Positions 25,587 to 38,745 of a DNA stretch of 64,000 nt are shown piece after piece (the stretch's first letter is position 1; each line of letters starts with the position of its first letter). Made by a program: the position numbers and the translations under genes. The DNA lies in NCBI RefSeq assembly GCF_036321535.1, contig NC_087436.1, positions 34,412,001 to 34,476,000 of the forward strand. The letters run 5' to 3'. Source of the stretch: Camelus dromedarius (lineage: Eukaryota). The notes below the pieces were generated by a model that saw only the letters and a program-made list of their open reading frames with translations, was not told the DNA's origin and did no database searches.

Positions 25587-28534
25587 TAAAATAATAATAA
25601 AAAAGGCTTTCTAAATAATGTTCTTAGTTTGTATTTAAGCCTCTGTATATATGTTTTCTTAACTTAGTCCAGATCAATTTGTAAAAAAACAATGCTTATA
25701 TAGAGATTTTATGTAATGCACAGTGTCAATTTTATTTATATTGTACATAGAAATTTTGATTTGAGTTTCTCAGCAAACAAACTTGTATTAGGTTCAATCT
25801 TGTAATTCCTCTATCAGTTGTCTGCTTCAGTACAGTCATTCTGAGGAGAAAAAAAATAAAATTGTAGCTACCATACTTAACCTCACTCCTAGGAATTCCT
25901 AGATGCTATCAAGCAGTATCAGCAGACAGTTGTCTGGCGTGGCTCACTGAAACCTTATAGCCCACCTGGGTCATGGCTACTTTTGCAGCACTTAAACTTG
26001 AATAATCCTCTCCAGCTCTACAATGCACGATCTGGCAGTAATCTGGAATCAGTCACTTTTTTGTTTTTTTGTGGTGAGATTGTTTCTCAACCAAATTGAT
26101 GCCTAGCAGCTGTGAATATCGAATTTTGCATGAGCTTCTGAAAACAAAAGAAATAATTGTAGCACGTGCTTCTAAAACCATACAGCCAGTCAGCAGGAGT
26201 TCCTGTCATATAGTTACAGAGACTTTTAGGTCAAATTGATAAGGTCTGTTTGCTGAATTATCCACAGCTAACATTCCACTCTTAAAAGAATTGAAGTCTC
26301 ACTCCTCCAGCTATCCATCTGGTGGTGATTGTGTGCAAAACAGTGAAATATATAGGAAAATAGAATGAACAAAGTAGTTAGTTTGGATCATTCTTAAAGA
26401 TTGAGCTTGTCAAATGACTCTAGAAATATTAGAAAAATTGTTTAAATCAAACCAATCAAACAAGATGTTTATTAGCTGCCTTCTGGGATATGGAAAAAAA
26501 AATATATTACTATGCCAAATAGCAAAGGAAGTAAGAACACAACTCAAGAGTGGACTCATAGGAGGGGTTTTATCGTTTTCCCCTTCCCCTCCCTGAAGTT
26601 CATCGGTGAGGCACTGAGCAGCATGCTGGTGTGTGGGAGCACAATTCCTTAAGCTCAGATGCCCGGCTACTTCCCAAGGCCAGACACTTAGTTTTGTAAA
26701 CGTGGACAATGGTGCATTATTTGTTCAAGCCCCTGACATGTGACACTCGGAGATGCAGCCAGTGGAGGGGAGCAGCTGCTGCTTGCTCAGCCATTTCGTC
26801 TGAAACCCCTTCTTCCCTGCAGACCCCAGTGCATCGCTGAGCAAATCCATTCACTCACAGAAAAATGGATCCCTGAGTTTTCAGTAAAAGTCGATGGAAA
26901 GGAAATGTTCTACCTAGCGTGCAAATATACTGCCAAAGCAATGCTAGGGAATATTTTTAGCGTCTACTTAACAGCCAATTTATGAGATTCTGTATTTTTG
27001 TAAATAGTATCTAATATTTTAAATAAGTTAAGGGGTTTTTTTTGCATTTATATATTATAGTTCCACAAAATATGCTACACAATAGATTACTTTTTTTGGA
27101 AAAATTCCACATATAAATGCAATAAAATGTCCATGGAAACTCTGTAACACACAACATTATAGTCTAATTTCATTTTAACTCCTGAAGTGTTTACTTTTTA
27201 CAAAATAAAAACTAGAATCCTACTTATTAAAAGATCAGTTTGAGTCCTAAAAACAATAAAAGTCCTGTTTCTCTGTAACGTACATTAGCATTTTTTCAGT
27301 GTAGCACTGAGCTCTGTTGATAAGTAGGCTGCTTAAGCATGAAAAGATGCTGAATTGAATTTGAACAATGCAAAGAGAAAGAAAGGATGTGAATCTAAAG
27401 CAGGCACCACCTGAACATTATGTCCTTGAAAAGAGGAAGAAATAGGATTTCTTGTAATCATTCAACCAAAAAAACAAAATACAAAAACGCAGTGCAACAA
27501 AACAAAACAACAGAAGCCTTTAAGAATGCATCTTCCTTAGCCTTTTGCAGTAATTTTCATTATATCACCAGCTAAAATGTCCTGCCAACTTATATGGCTG
27601 GTACTGAATTACCTTTGCTCTAAGACCCCACAATAAAAGGGAGGAGACTAGGTGTCTATGTGTCTCTCCCTTCAATGATCCCCAATTAATTAGCTGCTTG
27701 TCACCTTGAATATGTTGCTGAATACTTCAGACCTTCAGAAGAAGTTTTAGCTAATCAATCTTCTGAGAGTCTTTCTAACTTTAGTGTCAATAATTTTATG
27801 CTAATTAACCAAAATTTTGTAAAACATGGTCTAAGTAGGTTATTTTTTGTAGTGTAAACTCACTGGTATGTGAAAAGCCACTGCTTCCCTTTCACTATAG
27901 TGTGAAACTATTTTATATAACTATTTTATATAAAAATGCTGTATCAATCAATCCTTTATGAACATGAATAGTATTTTTGTAATGTTCCTGAATCATCCCT
28001 TTTAACTTGTATTCATGTAAATTTGGATTTTTATCAGTGAGGTCAACTAAAAACAAGCATATGCTTTAAGGCAAGTCTTACACTAAATCCTTCTATTTCA
28101 GACTCAGTTACAAAAAAAAATGTGATTAACTGGTTAACATGGGTCATGCATACTGCTAGTTGGCAATATAGGAACAAATATACAGTACCATGTGCCATCA
28201 CTTCCCTGACCACCCAACTATCTGTAATGGTGTACCCTTTGTTCTGTTAGTGCGTGGCAACATGGCATTTCATTTTACACATATTTATCTGCCTATTGCT
28301 TATGCAAGCTCCACAGGACAGGAAATTTGTCTTATTCTCCACTGCATGCTTAGTCTCTCTAAGCACCAGAAGAACCAGAAGGGCATCTTTAAAAGGATAT
28401 AGCAGTTGCTCCATAAAAGACCTGGGAAGCGTGGCTTATAGTCCAAACGCTACTTTAAGAACTCAAGCAAGCTACGTAACTGCTCTACAGCTGGTGAGCA
28501 CAAAGAGGAGATAGCAGCACACGAAGATTTATAC

Positions 28535-28660
28535 CAACCAATATTTTATTGAATGCGTACTCTGTGCCAGGCCCTTTTCTAATGACCGAGGATCCAAAAG
28601 CAAAAAAATACAGATGAAGGCCCTGCCCTAAAGGAGCTTCCAGTGACGTGGAAAAGGCAT
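28535..28660 (-). mobile_element. L2 3' end
   Basis: aatattttattgaatgcgtactctgtgccaggcc...ggccctgccctaaaggagcttccagt. Confidence 0.7.
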
Positions 28661-30859
28661 ATCATCAAGAAGAAATGCCTGCGTTATCGAGGTATCGTGG
28701 CACCATGTTAAATCATTAAACAGTCACTTGCTGCTATCATTAATGTTCTCATTCCACAGATTTGGGGGTTTGTCAGGAGTCCATAGGGGCTTATTAGGCT
28801 GAGCCTGGGAGTCCTAAACCAAGACCGCCAATGATGCTGGCATTAGAGCTGTGAGTCAGAGAGGCTTGGGAGAAGGATGAAACCAAGGTGCCAACCGATA
28901 TGTGAAAGAGAAAACATGTGGAGAAGGGCTTAAAAACAAATACACTGGGTTTTTAGAGTCCAGATTTTGGGGAAGGAGGAATGAGCTCAAGCAAGTGGTG
29001 ATGAAATCAACTGGGAGGGAAAGAGTTGCTGACAGAAGTTACAGAGCAGCCAGAGCACAATGTTTAGTAGTAGTAGTCAGGCTTCAAGGGCCATGAGGAG
29101 GAGCAGATAGGAAGTCCCAGGGACTTAGCATATATTTTGACATTACTTATAAAAACTGATTTGACATATTAACACAGTATAGTATTTTTTAAAATACACA
29201 CATCTGGAAATCAGAAGATGTAGAGTTCTGTTTATTTGATTTTTGATCTTTTATAAATCATGTAGCTTATTTAGACCATAGGTCCCTGATTTTAAAATGA
29301 AGGGTTATAATGTTACGTGGAAGCCTGTATTTTATTCTAGAAGTCACCCCCTTGTCTTCTAATGACCTTATGGTATTCATTTTGAAAAGAAGTGATTTCC
29401 TATAATTTAAAATATATTTTGAATAAAATACTATGTTTATAAAATCATAAAATATACTTAATAAAATTTGCAACTGACATATTTTTGCACATGACAGCAA
29501 GGCACTCTCAATAAGCTAAATATGACTGTTTTTATTTAGAAAAAAATGGAATAGAGGAAGATGTTCTTAGTGAATTAATTTTGTGAGTTTTATAGAGTAC
29601 ACAGGTTTTTTTTGGCATGAAAATGTGATTATACGGGTTGTTTAATTTTTAAAGTTATTTTAACTCAGGTCAGCAAAAGCTGTCTGTTCCAACTCTGTCT
29701 AAGGCAATGGTGTAATACTAAACATTAACTTTCACACAGCACAGATGTCAGTCTATTTACAGTTAAATCAGTCTGTGTATCCTGCTTTCATCATTTCTTC
29801 ATCAGTGCCTGCTATTTCCTGGAAATGTTAGGAACCAAATCTTAGTGCTTTCAGGTACGCTGTATTTTGTGTCTAATTCTTCCTTTGTATACCTTTGATA
29901 ATTTTATTAATCATAGTCAAGATGACTCAGAGGAAGAACTTTATTTCTTTCAAAAATATATAATTTTCAATTTGGGCTAAGTGGAATCATTCATCAACTT
30001 CCACTCTTTAATTAAGATCTCCTTTTTCTAGCCTACAAAGAAAACCAGTATATTTCTACATGAAATCAAATCCTATTCGTCAGTGGTTGGTAATGGACAG
30101 AGAATTTGCATGTCAGGAAGATAATTTGAAGCTTGTAGATCCAGAGCTTCATTGCCAAAGCCCAGCCCCCATGTGGCTTTCTCCGCTTATTTCTGTCACC
30201 ACCCTGCTGCTTCCATCCAGGGACATAAAGGACACAAGCCTAATAACTGGAAATAAAATAGCTATTACTGAAGAACAGGAGGGTTAACTACCAAAAAGAT
30301 GAACACAGAACACAACATAAAACTAGATTATTGCTTACATATAAAGCTTTATAATCTTAAATTTGATTTTGCCTGTAGGATGCTAGCCTCCCTAGTATGA
30401 TAAAAAGATCTTATAAGACAATTAAAACCTGGCCACTTCTTCAAAACCTAGAGATAAGAGGAGTCTCAGAAAGAGAAATAGGTTCCCTTTGCCACACGTA
30501 GGTGAGACCTGAATTGTGTATTTCAATGTCCTGTCTCAACACTTGACACTGGTTGATTGACATTACAAATAATCCCCTCCTCTTCAAAGGAGACCCTAAT
30601 TTATCACCAAGGGATGTAGCCCTATTCACAGTGATAAAAGTATGATTTTCTCAAAGTAATTAAAAATAAATATAATATCTGTTCAAGACAGACATATGGA
30701 ATAAAGTGGGGAGGAATTCTTTTTCATATCTTTAATAAGATTTAATTCTTGGAAAAGCAATATTACAAAAGTTAGGCCAATGAAAGTTACTCTGAAAGCC
30801 AGAGCTGGTATTCAAAACTATTTTAAGAAATATAACTATAATGGATGCCCAGCTACAAT

Positions 30860-31400
30860 TACCATTTTATAGAACTTTAATTTGATTTCCACCTGAATGA
30901 TTCTTTTGAAGGAAAACTCTACTGTCTTCTCGTTTTAATTCTTTATTCTTTGTCTATGATGAACCATTTATCACTATTCTGCTAAACTACTAAAATAATG
31001 CCCTCGTCTTCAACTTTGTAATGATGATGATAATTTTTCTGTTGTGAATAGTTTTCCTGTGCTATGTTCTTATATCTAATGTTAATCTACCTTTAAATTG
31101 AATGTAATGATGTAATAATTCATGACCTTCACCTTGCAATTTTTTTCACTTTGTTACTTGTTTCTTTATTTTACCTTTCTTGATTTATTTTGGGCTAATC
31201 AAATAATTTTATTCTATTTTTCTCCTTGACTTAGCCTTTTAGTAATCTGTTCTTGTGTTATTCTTTTAGTGATTTCCCTATGCTTTAACATAATCCCAGA
31301 CACAGTACAATCTACCATAAATTTTTTTTTTTACCACTTTCTGCAAGAAACTTAATATGATTTAATTTCACGCATTGCCTCTTGCCCTTTGTGTTGTTAT
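30860..31400 (-). mobile_element. Old L1M fragment
   Basis: T-rich antisense L1-like sequence (tttatcttt..., aatttttattctatttttctcc...), split by the LTR at 31403. Confidence 0.4.
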
Positions 31401-31402
31401 TG

Positions 31403-31884
31403 TATTGGGGGGGGGACTTTTTCCTTCTTCCCTTTTAGGTATTTTGGCTGGTCTAATAGTTAAATTAATATGAGACAGATTAAAAGGAGAACAAATTTAA
31501 TTTTGTACATAGAGACCTATAAAAATGTGTAACTTAAAAGAAGTGACCAAAGCAGGAAACTTCTATACTTTTTGGACAAACACACATTTGTGAAGAATTG
31601 ACAAAGGGGTTTGAGTTTGGGGTAGCAAATTAATAAAGAAGTAATATAGTCATTGATACAGTCTTTCCAGCCTTGAATTCCCTATCTCTGGTGATAAGGA
31701 TGCCTTCTACCCTCCTGGTATAGGAAGGATGCCATTACATGGGAGATTTATTTCCTCCTTTCCAGAGGACAAAGGAGTGTCAGAGTGTCCTTCTCACACC
31801 AGCTGTTTCTTATGTAACTTTAATTCAAAATAATCAACATGCTAAAGAGGCATATTTTGGGGTGGCATATTTTGCTCCCCCCCA
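31403..31884 (-). mobile_element. ERV1 solo LTR (MER41-like)
   Basis: ttggctggtctaatagttaaattaatatgagacagattaa...tttaattcaaaataatcaacatgctaaagaggcatattttggggtggcatattttgctccccccca. Confidence 0.7.
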
Positions 31885-32059
31885 TTGGTATTTATTTTAT
31901 TGCTGCGTAAGTTATAATTCCACAGGGTGCTGTGCTATTATACTTTTATTGAAGAATATAATGCGTAAAGGTACATAAAGTGCTGCAATCTTCTGTTTTC
32001 ACCTTGATTTTATACACACACATATATTTATACATATATATGTATATATAGAGAGAGAT

Positions 32060-32448
32060 TCTATTGTGTACATCAGTAGGGCATTCTTTGTAAGTGCTAC
32101 GTAGTGGTCCATTGTATGGGTATGTCTCAATTTTTGTCCATTCTTCTGTTGATGAGTTTTCAGGCTTTGCTTTTGATAAACAACTGATAAAAACATTCAT
32201 ATGCATGTCTTTTGTAAACATAATTACTCATTTTTCATTGGTGTATGCTCAAAAGTGAAATGACTAGGTCATAACTTGGGTGTGCTTTAGCTTTAGGAGA
32301 AAAATGCCAGACTGTTCAATAGTACATATACCATTTCTATACTCGCACTAGCAGTGTGACAGTTTCAGCACATTCTTGCCCAAACCTGGTTTTAGCAGCT
32401 CTAGTGGGTGTGTAGTAGTATTTTATTGCTTGTTCGATTTGCCTTTCT
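32060..32448 (-). mobile_element. Old L1M ORF2-end/3' UTR fragment
   Basis: gtccattcttctgttgatgag...aacattcatatgcatgtcttttg...gggtgtgtagtagtattttattg. Confidence 0.65.
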
Positions 32449-32760
32449 GTATTGGTTTCTACTGTTGCTCTAGCAGGTTACTACACAATATATAGTTTTT
32501 AAAAACATGCCAACTTATTATTATACAGTTTTGTGGTTTTGTCTGACACAGTCTCACGGGGCTTAAATCAGGGTGTCAGCTATGTTCCTTTCATGAATAT
32601 CCAGGGGAAAATCTGTTTCTTTCTTTTTTCTTTTTTTTTTTTTTGCCTTATCTGAATTCTAGAGGCTGCGCAGATTCCTGATTCATGGTCCCTCCCTTCC
32701 TCTTCAAAGCGAGCAACTTTGCAACTCCACCCAGTCTTCTACAGTCATCTCTCTTGCTCA
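32449..32760 (-). mobile_element. MLT1 (MLT1C/D-like) LTR fragment
   Basis: tattggtttctactgttgct...aaatcagggtgtcagc...ttctagaggctgcgcagattcct...cttcaaagcgagcaac. Confidence 0.7.
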
Positions 32761-32784
32761 CCTGCTCACCAGAGCCATCTTGAA

Positions 32785-33740
32785 ATTTGGTGTTTCTATC
32801 TGGGTTCATTTACCTTCAGTCTGAATAACTTCCCTTAATATTTCTTCTGCTGCAGATCTTGGTGATGAACGGCCTGAACTTTTGTTTGCATACAAACATA
32901 GTTGTTTAATTTTTGAGGGATAATTTTGCTGGCTACAGAATTTGAGGCTAGTTATTATTTATCTTTCTTTTAGCATTTTAATGCTAATATTCCACTTTTT
33001 TAAGCTTTCATGCTGTTCATTGAAAATCAACTATCATTCATTATTGATTCTTTGAGGTTAATGTTTCTTTTTTCTCTAGCTGCTTTTTTTGGTTTGTTTT
33101 CACTTGGCTTTCACAGTTGGCCTATAGCATACCTAGGGTTTGCTTTCTTTGAAATTATTCTGTTTGAGATTTGCAGAACTTCTGGATTCATGAATTAACA
33201 AAATGCCTTCCAACAATTCTGAAAAATCCTATGCATAAGTTTTTACAAATACTGTTTCTGTCCCATTTTCATTCTTCTCTTCTTCTGAAACTCCAATTAA
33301 AGGCACACCAGACCATTTGACATCATATCTCTTAGGCTTGGTTCTTTCTAGCTTTTTCTCTGTGTCTCAGTTGAAATATATTCTTATAACCTGTCATATG
33401 TTGACTAATTCTATCTTCTGTTTAATTTAGTCTCCTTTAAAACCTCTACACTGAGTTCTTAATTTTAGGTTCTGGATTTTTCAGTTCTAGGACGTCCATT
33501 TGTTTTTGTTTTAATGCACATTTCTATTCTTTGTTGAGATTCTATTTTCATCTATTTTGTATATCTTTTTTTTTCTACTTTTAAAATGTTAGCTATAATT
33601 ATTTTAAAGCATTTGATTGTTGAATCCATTTTCTGGATTATCCTTGGAGCTGCTTCTATTTTCTATTTTTCTCTTAATTAACCGTCACATTTTCTGGGCT
33701 CTTCCACTTTCCACGATTTTTTGTTTAAAATACAGGAACA
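32785..33740 (-). mobile_element. Old L1/HAL1 ORF1-region fragment
   Basis: ttttgagggataattttgctggctacagaatt...ttctggattcatgaatt...ttctgaaactccaattaa...ttttcagttctagg, typical antisense L1M ORF1. Confidence 0.65.
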
Positions 33741-35729
33741 ATAGAGCTTCAGAAAACCTGTAGTTTACTTCCTAGAAGAGATTTTTTGGGGCCATCACAC
33801 TCTCTTTCTCTCTTTTTCCTATACATGGAAATGATGGTACAGATGATACAATGTTCACTGAGTTAAATGAATAAACCCACAATTACAAGGTATAAAACCC
33901 ATATCTCTGTCAATATTAGAGTCATAGCGCTATTTAAAAACTCCTGGAGAAAATCAGAGCCAAAGAACTTCAAAACTCTGATCAACGAGGATAGGAATAA
34001 AGTTGAGATACTTAGTGTAATTACACAATAGACACCTAGGAAGGAACTTATGATAAGAGCCATTACACATCTGGGAACATCATTCATGAGTTACCTCAGT
34101 TAACCGCAAGAATGTAGTTAACATTTGTGTAGAAGAATCATGGATCCCAACCTCCTGGTTCCCATGGTTCTCCTATCTCCCATTCATATAGGCTGGAGGG
34201 ATGCAATAGTCATGTAAGATTTCTGTTTGCGTTTTTCTTTTTCATTAATCATGTTTTTTTAGTTAAGGAATACTTGAATGTTTTTAACACTCTTCTTGTT
34301 TTGTAAACTTGTTCTCTTAGTCAAGTCACTGATCTTTGATAGGCCTTAGTTTTCTCATCTGTAAAATGAAAGAAATGAAGCTCTAAAAGTTTTAATTCTT
34401 TGGTTTGGAGAATATACCATTTCTAATGATGGATCAAAATGGATATTTGATACAACTCAGGTTTATAACTAAAATCACATACGGCTTACTGCAGTTGACA
34501 ATGTTCAATATGATACCATCTTTGATAATTAGTTGGTGTCCAGAAGTGCATGGTCTAGAGTTCTACAGTTAAAGCTTGTTTTTATGGTAGTGGATCATAT
34601 TCTGAATAAGTGGCTTTTCATTGCTCTGAGAATTTCAATATTCTTGAATAAACACCTGAAGCCAAGAACTGAATGCCAGGATGCTTTTAGTCTTTGAGTA
34701 TATTTCGAATGAGGTATTTCTAACTTTTGAGCTGATGCAACACCCACTAGATATGCTTCTCTTACTTTTAGGCTACACTTTTCTGTCTTGAATTGCTTGC
34801 CACACTGATGTTTTGTTTCTTCTTAAATCACTGATGCCATCACTCAGCCTTAAGAACGTTAACTAACTGTACAAGTGTTCTCGTAATAAGCTATCATTTG
34901 CACTCCATTAAAATGACTTATAAGGAAATATCATATATCTCTCCTCTCCTCTTGAATTTGGCAACAAACTGGCTCTTTGAAGAAAGTTTAACACTGATGC
35001 TTTTTTGCTGGCTGGGGCACCTGAGAGTAGTAGATCTTCATGATTGCCATGTGACAAAGGTAATATTTATTAACTTATACACATTTTCAGCTTCTCTTCC
35101 TATATAATGGTGCGAATTTTATCTTTGTGCCTTTGGTTCTTTATTCTGTTACCCTCCTGTTGTCCTCTAAGGGAGGGTCTGTTCTTGCCAGCCTGAGTCC
35201 CAAGCTTTTGGTGACAGAGAGTAGAAACCGTAAGCAGGGTAAGATAAGCTCAAAGAAAGAGCTGGAAAGACTAGAGCAGTAGTATTTGGTGGGTTATTTC
35301 CCAGAGCTGCCTTTATTGCAGAAAATGGGAATAGAAAACAAGGAACCAGAGAAAGTAAGCTTTTGTTCTTTTGAAATAAATGGAGAAAGTGAACCAAACA
35401 AACACAAAACCACACACACACACAAATCAGCAAAAATTTAGATTCTTAACTTCCTCTGTTGAAGTTAAAAAAAAGAACTGAGACAGAGAGTACGAGCAAG
35501 TGAGCAGCCAGTGGGAGGATCTGGAATATGTGAGAAAGCTCAGGTGTGTGAGTGGAAATGGAGAGAAAATTACGCATAAATTGGGTATCTTTTAATATTC
35601 TTATAAAAATGTCCTTCAAGATTTGTAATTAGTTGCCACTGATAACTTGATTGTGTCTGTAATTGGGTCATTACAATGAGCCCCAGCCACGTGGGCGTCC
35701 ATCTGGAGGCCTCTGACTTGAATGTATCA

Positions 35730-36955
35730 TCACTGCTTTGACTGTCGTCAGATTCAGTGGGTATGTGTCTCTTTCTGTCCTCATGTTTCTTGATCTCCTG
35801 GCAGAATTTGGCAGCTTTCACCACTCCTACCTTCTGGAACACTGTCTTCTTTCAGATCCTATAATGCCATTTTTTTCCTAGTTTTTCTTCCAGCTGTCTG
35901 GTTATTCTTCACCTTTGAGCTTTTTCCCTCTCCCCGATGTAGCACGCAGTCCCTCAGGATTCAGTACAAGGTCTCTTCTCCTCTGTACGTCCTCTGCTGT
36001 GCTGAGCTCTCCTCATCTTGTGGTTGTAGAGTCCACCTGTCCTTTGATGATTCCCAAACTTATACCTGTGGTCCAGACTCAGGTAATTAGATACTGGAAA
36101 ATTTCCTTGGATGTCGGAATAGGGGATTTCTGCTCTTACTCTTAAAGTCTCATATACTGTATTTTAGCAAGTAGCATTATCACCCATCCAGTTCCAAAAT
36201 CTATATTCCTGGCAGTTCTTCTTTCTTCTTTTTACTTTGCTCCCCACATCCAATCCATCAAGTCCTGACAATCTCTCCTCTAAACTATCATTCGCATCTG
36301 CACAGCTCTGTCCATCTCTCCCAGCATGACCCTGGTCACCTCTTCATGTCTCTATACTCTTCCTCTGTTACTTTTATTCACCTCATTCTCCAAACAATTG
36401 TGGAATAATAGTGAAAAAAAAAAACCCCACAAATTGGACCATATGATATCTTAGTAAAATTTGTCAATGGCTTTTTTTTTTTCCATAGAAAATCTGAATT
36501 TCTAATATTAGCATAAAGGACCCTGAGTGATCTGGCTCAGCTTAAGTTGTCTAATCTCATATCATCTTTCCTCTTTCCACATTCCATCTACATAAACATT
36601 GTTTGCTTCTTAAAATGGGCTAGCTATTTCTCTTGTGAGAGCCTTTGAAAATACAGTTTTTGCTCTCATAAAAGCTTTCATTTCAATTAACTATCGTTCA
36701 GTGACTGTCAAATTACTGAATACAGGTGAAATATCACTTTCTAAGGAAACTTCCTTGATCGCTGTTAGTAAAAAGAACCTCCTTCTATTACTCTGTCAGG
36801 ACAATCTGTGTCCCTCATAACATTTGAGCATTTACAGGTGAGTTATTGGTTACTCATTGTCTTCTTTAGCTCCAAACAGGAAGGGAATTTGTTTTACTTA
36901 TCTAGTACCCTGCTTGGCACAAAGAAGTCATTCAGTAAATATTAGATAAATGAAT
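35730..36955 (+). mobile_element. L2, ~1.2 kb 3' portion
   Basis: gtcctcatgtttcttgatctcctggcagaatttggc...ccccacatccaatccatcaagtcctg...gcttggcacaaagaagtcattcagtaaatattagataaatgaat. Confidence 0.75.
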
Positions 36956-37948
36956 ATCTTTTTAAAATATCTTTTTAAAATACCCACCAGTGTGGGTATT
37001 TCATGGGTCTTCAACACAAGTTTTTGACAATAGATATTTCTTTAAGAGCACAGTCTTTTATTTTTTAAGGGCTGATTAATTAATCCTTAACTACCAGAAC
37101 CATTTATTTAGTGTAAACTCTTTTAGCCGTTGTATGAAACTCTTTTACATGCTCTAGGTCATTAACTGCAGTGTTATTTCTAACTCCATGTAATTAAAAA
37201 ATAAATCAAAGATTGGAGAGGTTAAGTTTATAGCCTTCTTGAATTGAATCAGGAAAGCAGAGTTTTGTAATGTCATAAAGTTTCACAGTATTCACCCTTC
37301 TCACCTCTGAGGCAAACCACTAGCCAAGCAATTATCGTGGGATTATGGTGACTGAAGTTTTTCATTTTTCTTGGTGAACTCCCATGGTTTTCAACTGTAG
37401 AGTTTGTCACTCCCTCCCATAAGAATCTATATCCAAGAATCAAGAAGATATAGAAAAGGTCTCCAGTTTGCAAAATTTTCCATCCTTCATAACATATACA
37501 TAAGTTGAGGTTCACTTGCTTATCACTTAAGTCTCTTTAAATTACCTCTGATTTCCTGGAGGGGAAAAAGTTTTTTTTAAAGTACTAATTCTACCACTTA
37601 CTCTGGTTATTAAAAGCTTAAATTAACATTCTTACTTCACAATGATTAATGTGTCTAGTGAGCTGTTCAACATTTGTTATTTAACACATTTCTGTTACGT
37701 AAAAACATTATTTTCTCACCTTGAAAATGGCATGGCCAACTTAGAGGGTTTAGTTTCATTGTTTGGCAGTCTGGCATTTTCCATTTTCATCTGATGACCA
37801 GAACATAAGAATTTAACCTGAAGTGAGTTAAGTGTATTCTGAGCACACAGTGGTAGTGGTTAGTGCAAAAGCACAGGGAGAGAGAATCTTTGTTAACATT
37901 TCCATCTTTTCTTGCGCTAAGTAGCACCCAATTGAATCTAGCAGCTGT

Positions 37949-37950
<2 letters not shown>

Positions 37951-37992
<42 letters not shown>

Positions 37993-37997
37993 CAGAC
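37951..37997. repeat. (GATA)10 GACA GAC microsatellite
   Basis: Ten perfect GATA units at 37951-37990, then gacagac. Confidence 0.97.
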
Positions 37998-38384
37998 TTT
38001 CACTGTAAGATAAAGCCCTTGACCAGTTACCCTGAGGAATTCTTGTAAAATAAACAAGTGTGCATGTAGCCACATCAATACATAAATTAAATTCAAAATA
38101 TTATTTAACGCTTTTTAAAATTTAAACTTTTTTTAAAAAGTTCATCAGACATTTTTTAAATGAAGTTCAGATAAATTATTAATATAAGAGTTGGAAACTG
38201 GGTTCTTTCGTGATTTCAGTGACATCACTTCATCCTTGCTACAATTTATCGTTGATAAAAATAGAGAGGTAGTGGTTATTTTAATAAGCCAATTTGGATA
38301 TTATGAAATTACTTAAAAATTTTCAGTTTCTTAATGGCTTTTATGGTTTTTAAGGATCAAATTTTAACTTTACTCATATTCTGT

Positions 38385-38745
38385 GTAGTGGCTAATCTCC
38401 ACGGACTGACTGCACATTCTGGTTTTCCTTCTGTGTGCTCTCCTCTATTGTCCCAAGTCTGGGCTTACTATATGACTTTTTTTTTTTTAACCAATACAAT
38501 ATGAGGGAAATGATACTGTGTGATTTCCAAGGTCAGGATAAAAGAAGCTTGAATCTTCTACCTGAAATCTCTTTGAACACTTGCTTTGGGAGAATTTAGC
38601 TGATTACATGTAATAATTTTTACTACCCTGAAACTGTCATGCTGTGAGGAAGGTCAAGCTAGCCATCTGGAAAGGCCACTTAGAAAGAGATATGACTAGC
38701 CTGCCCTCATCTCTTTCAGCCATCCACGCTCTAATCCAGACATTT
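38385..38745 (+). mobile_element. MLT1 (MLT1G/H-like) LTR, 5' part
   Basis: aaccaatacaatatgagggaaatgatactgtgtgatttccaagg...taccctgaaactgtcatgctgtgaggaaggtcaagctagcca...ccagaca. Confidence 0.75.

Noticed and set aside
29922..29935. 14-mer atgactcagaggaa repeated at 57601-57614
   Set aside because: Several shared 14-mers are expected by chance in 64 kb.
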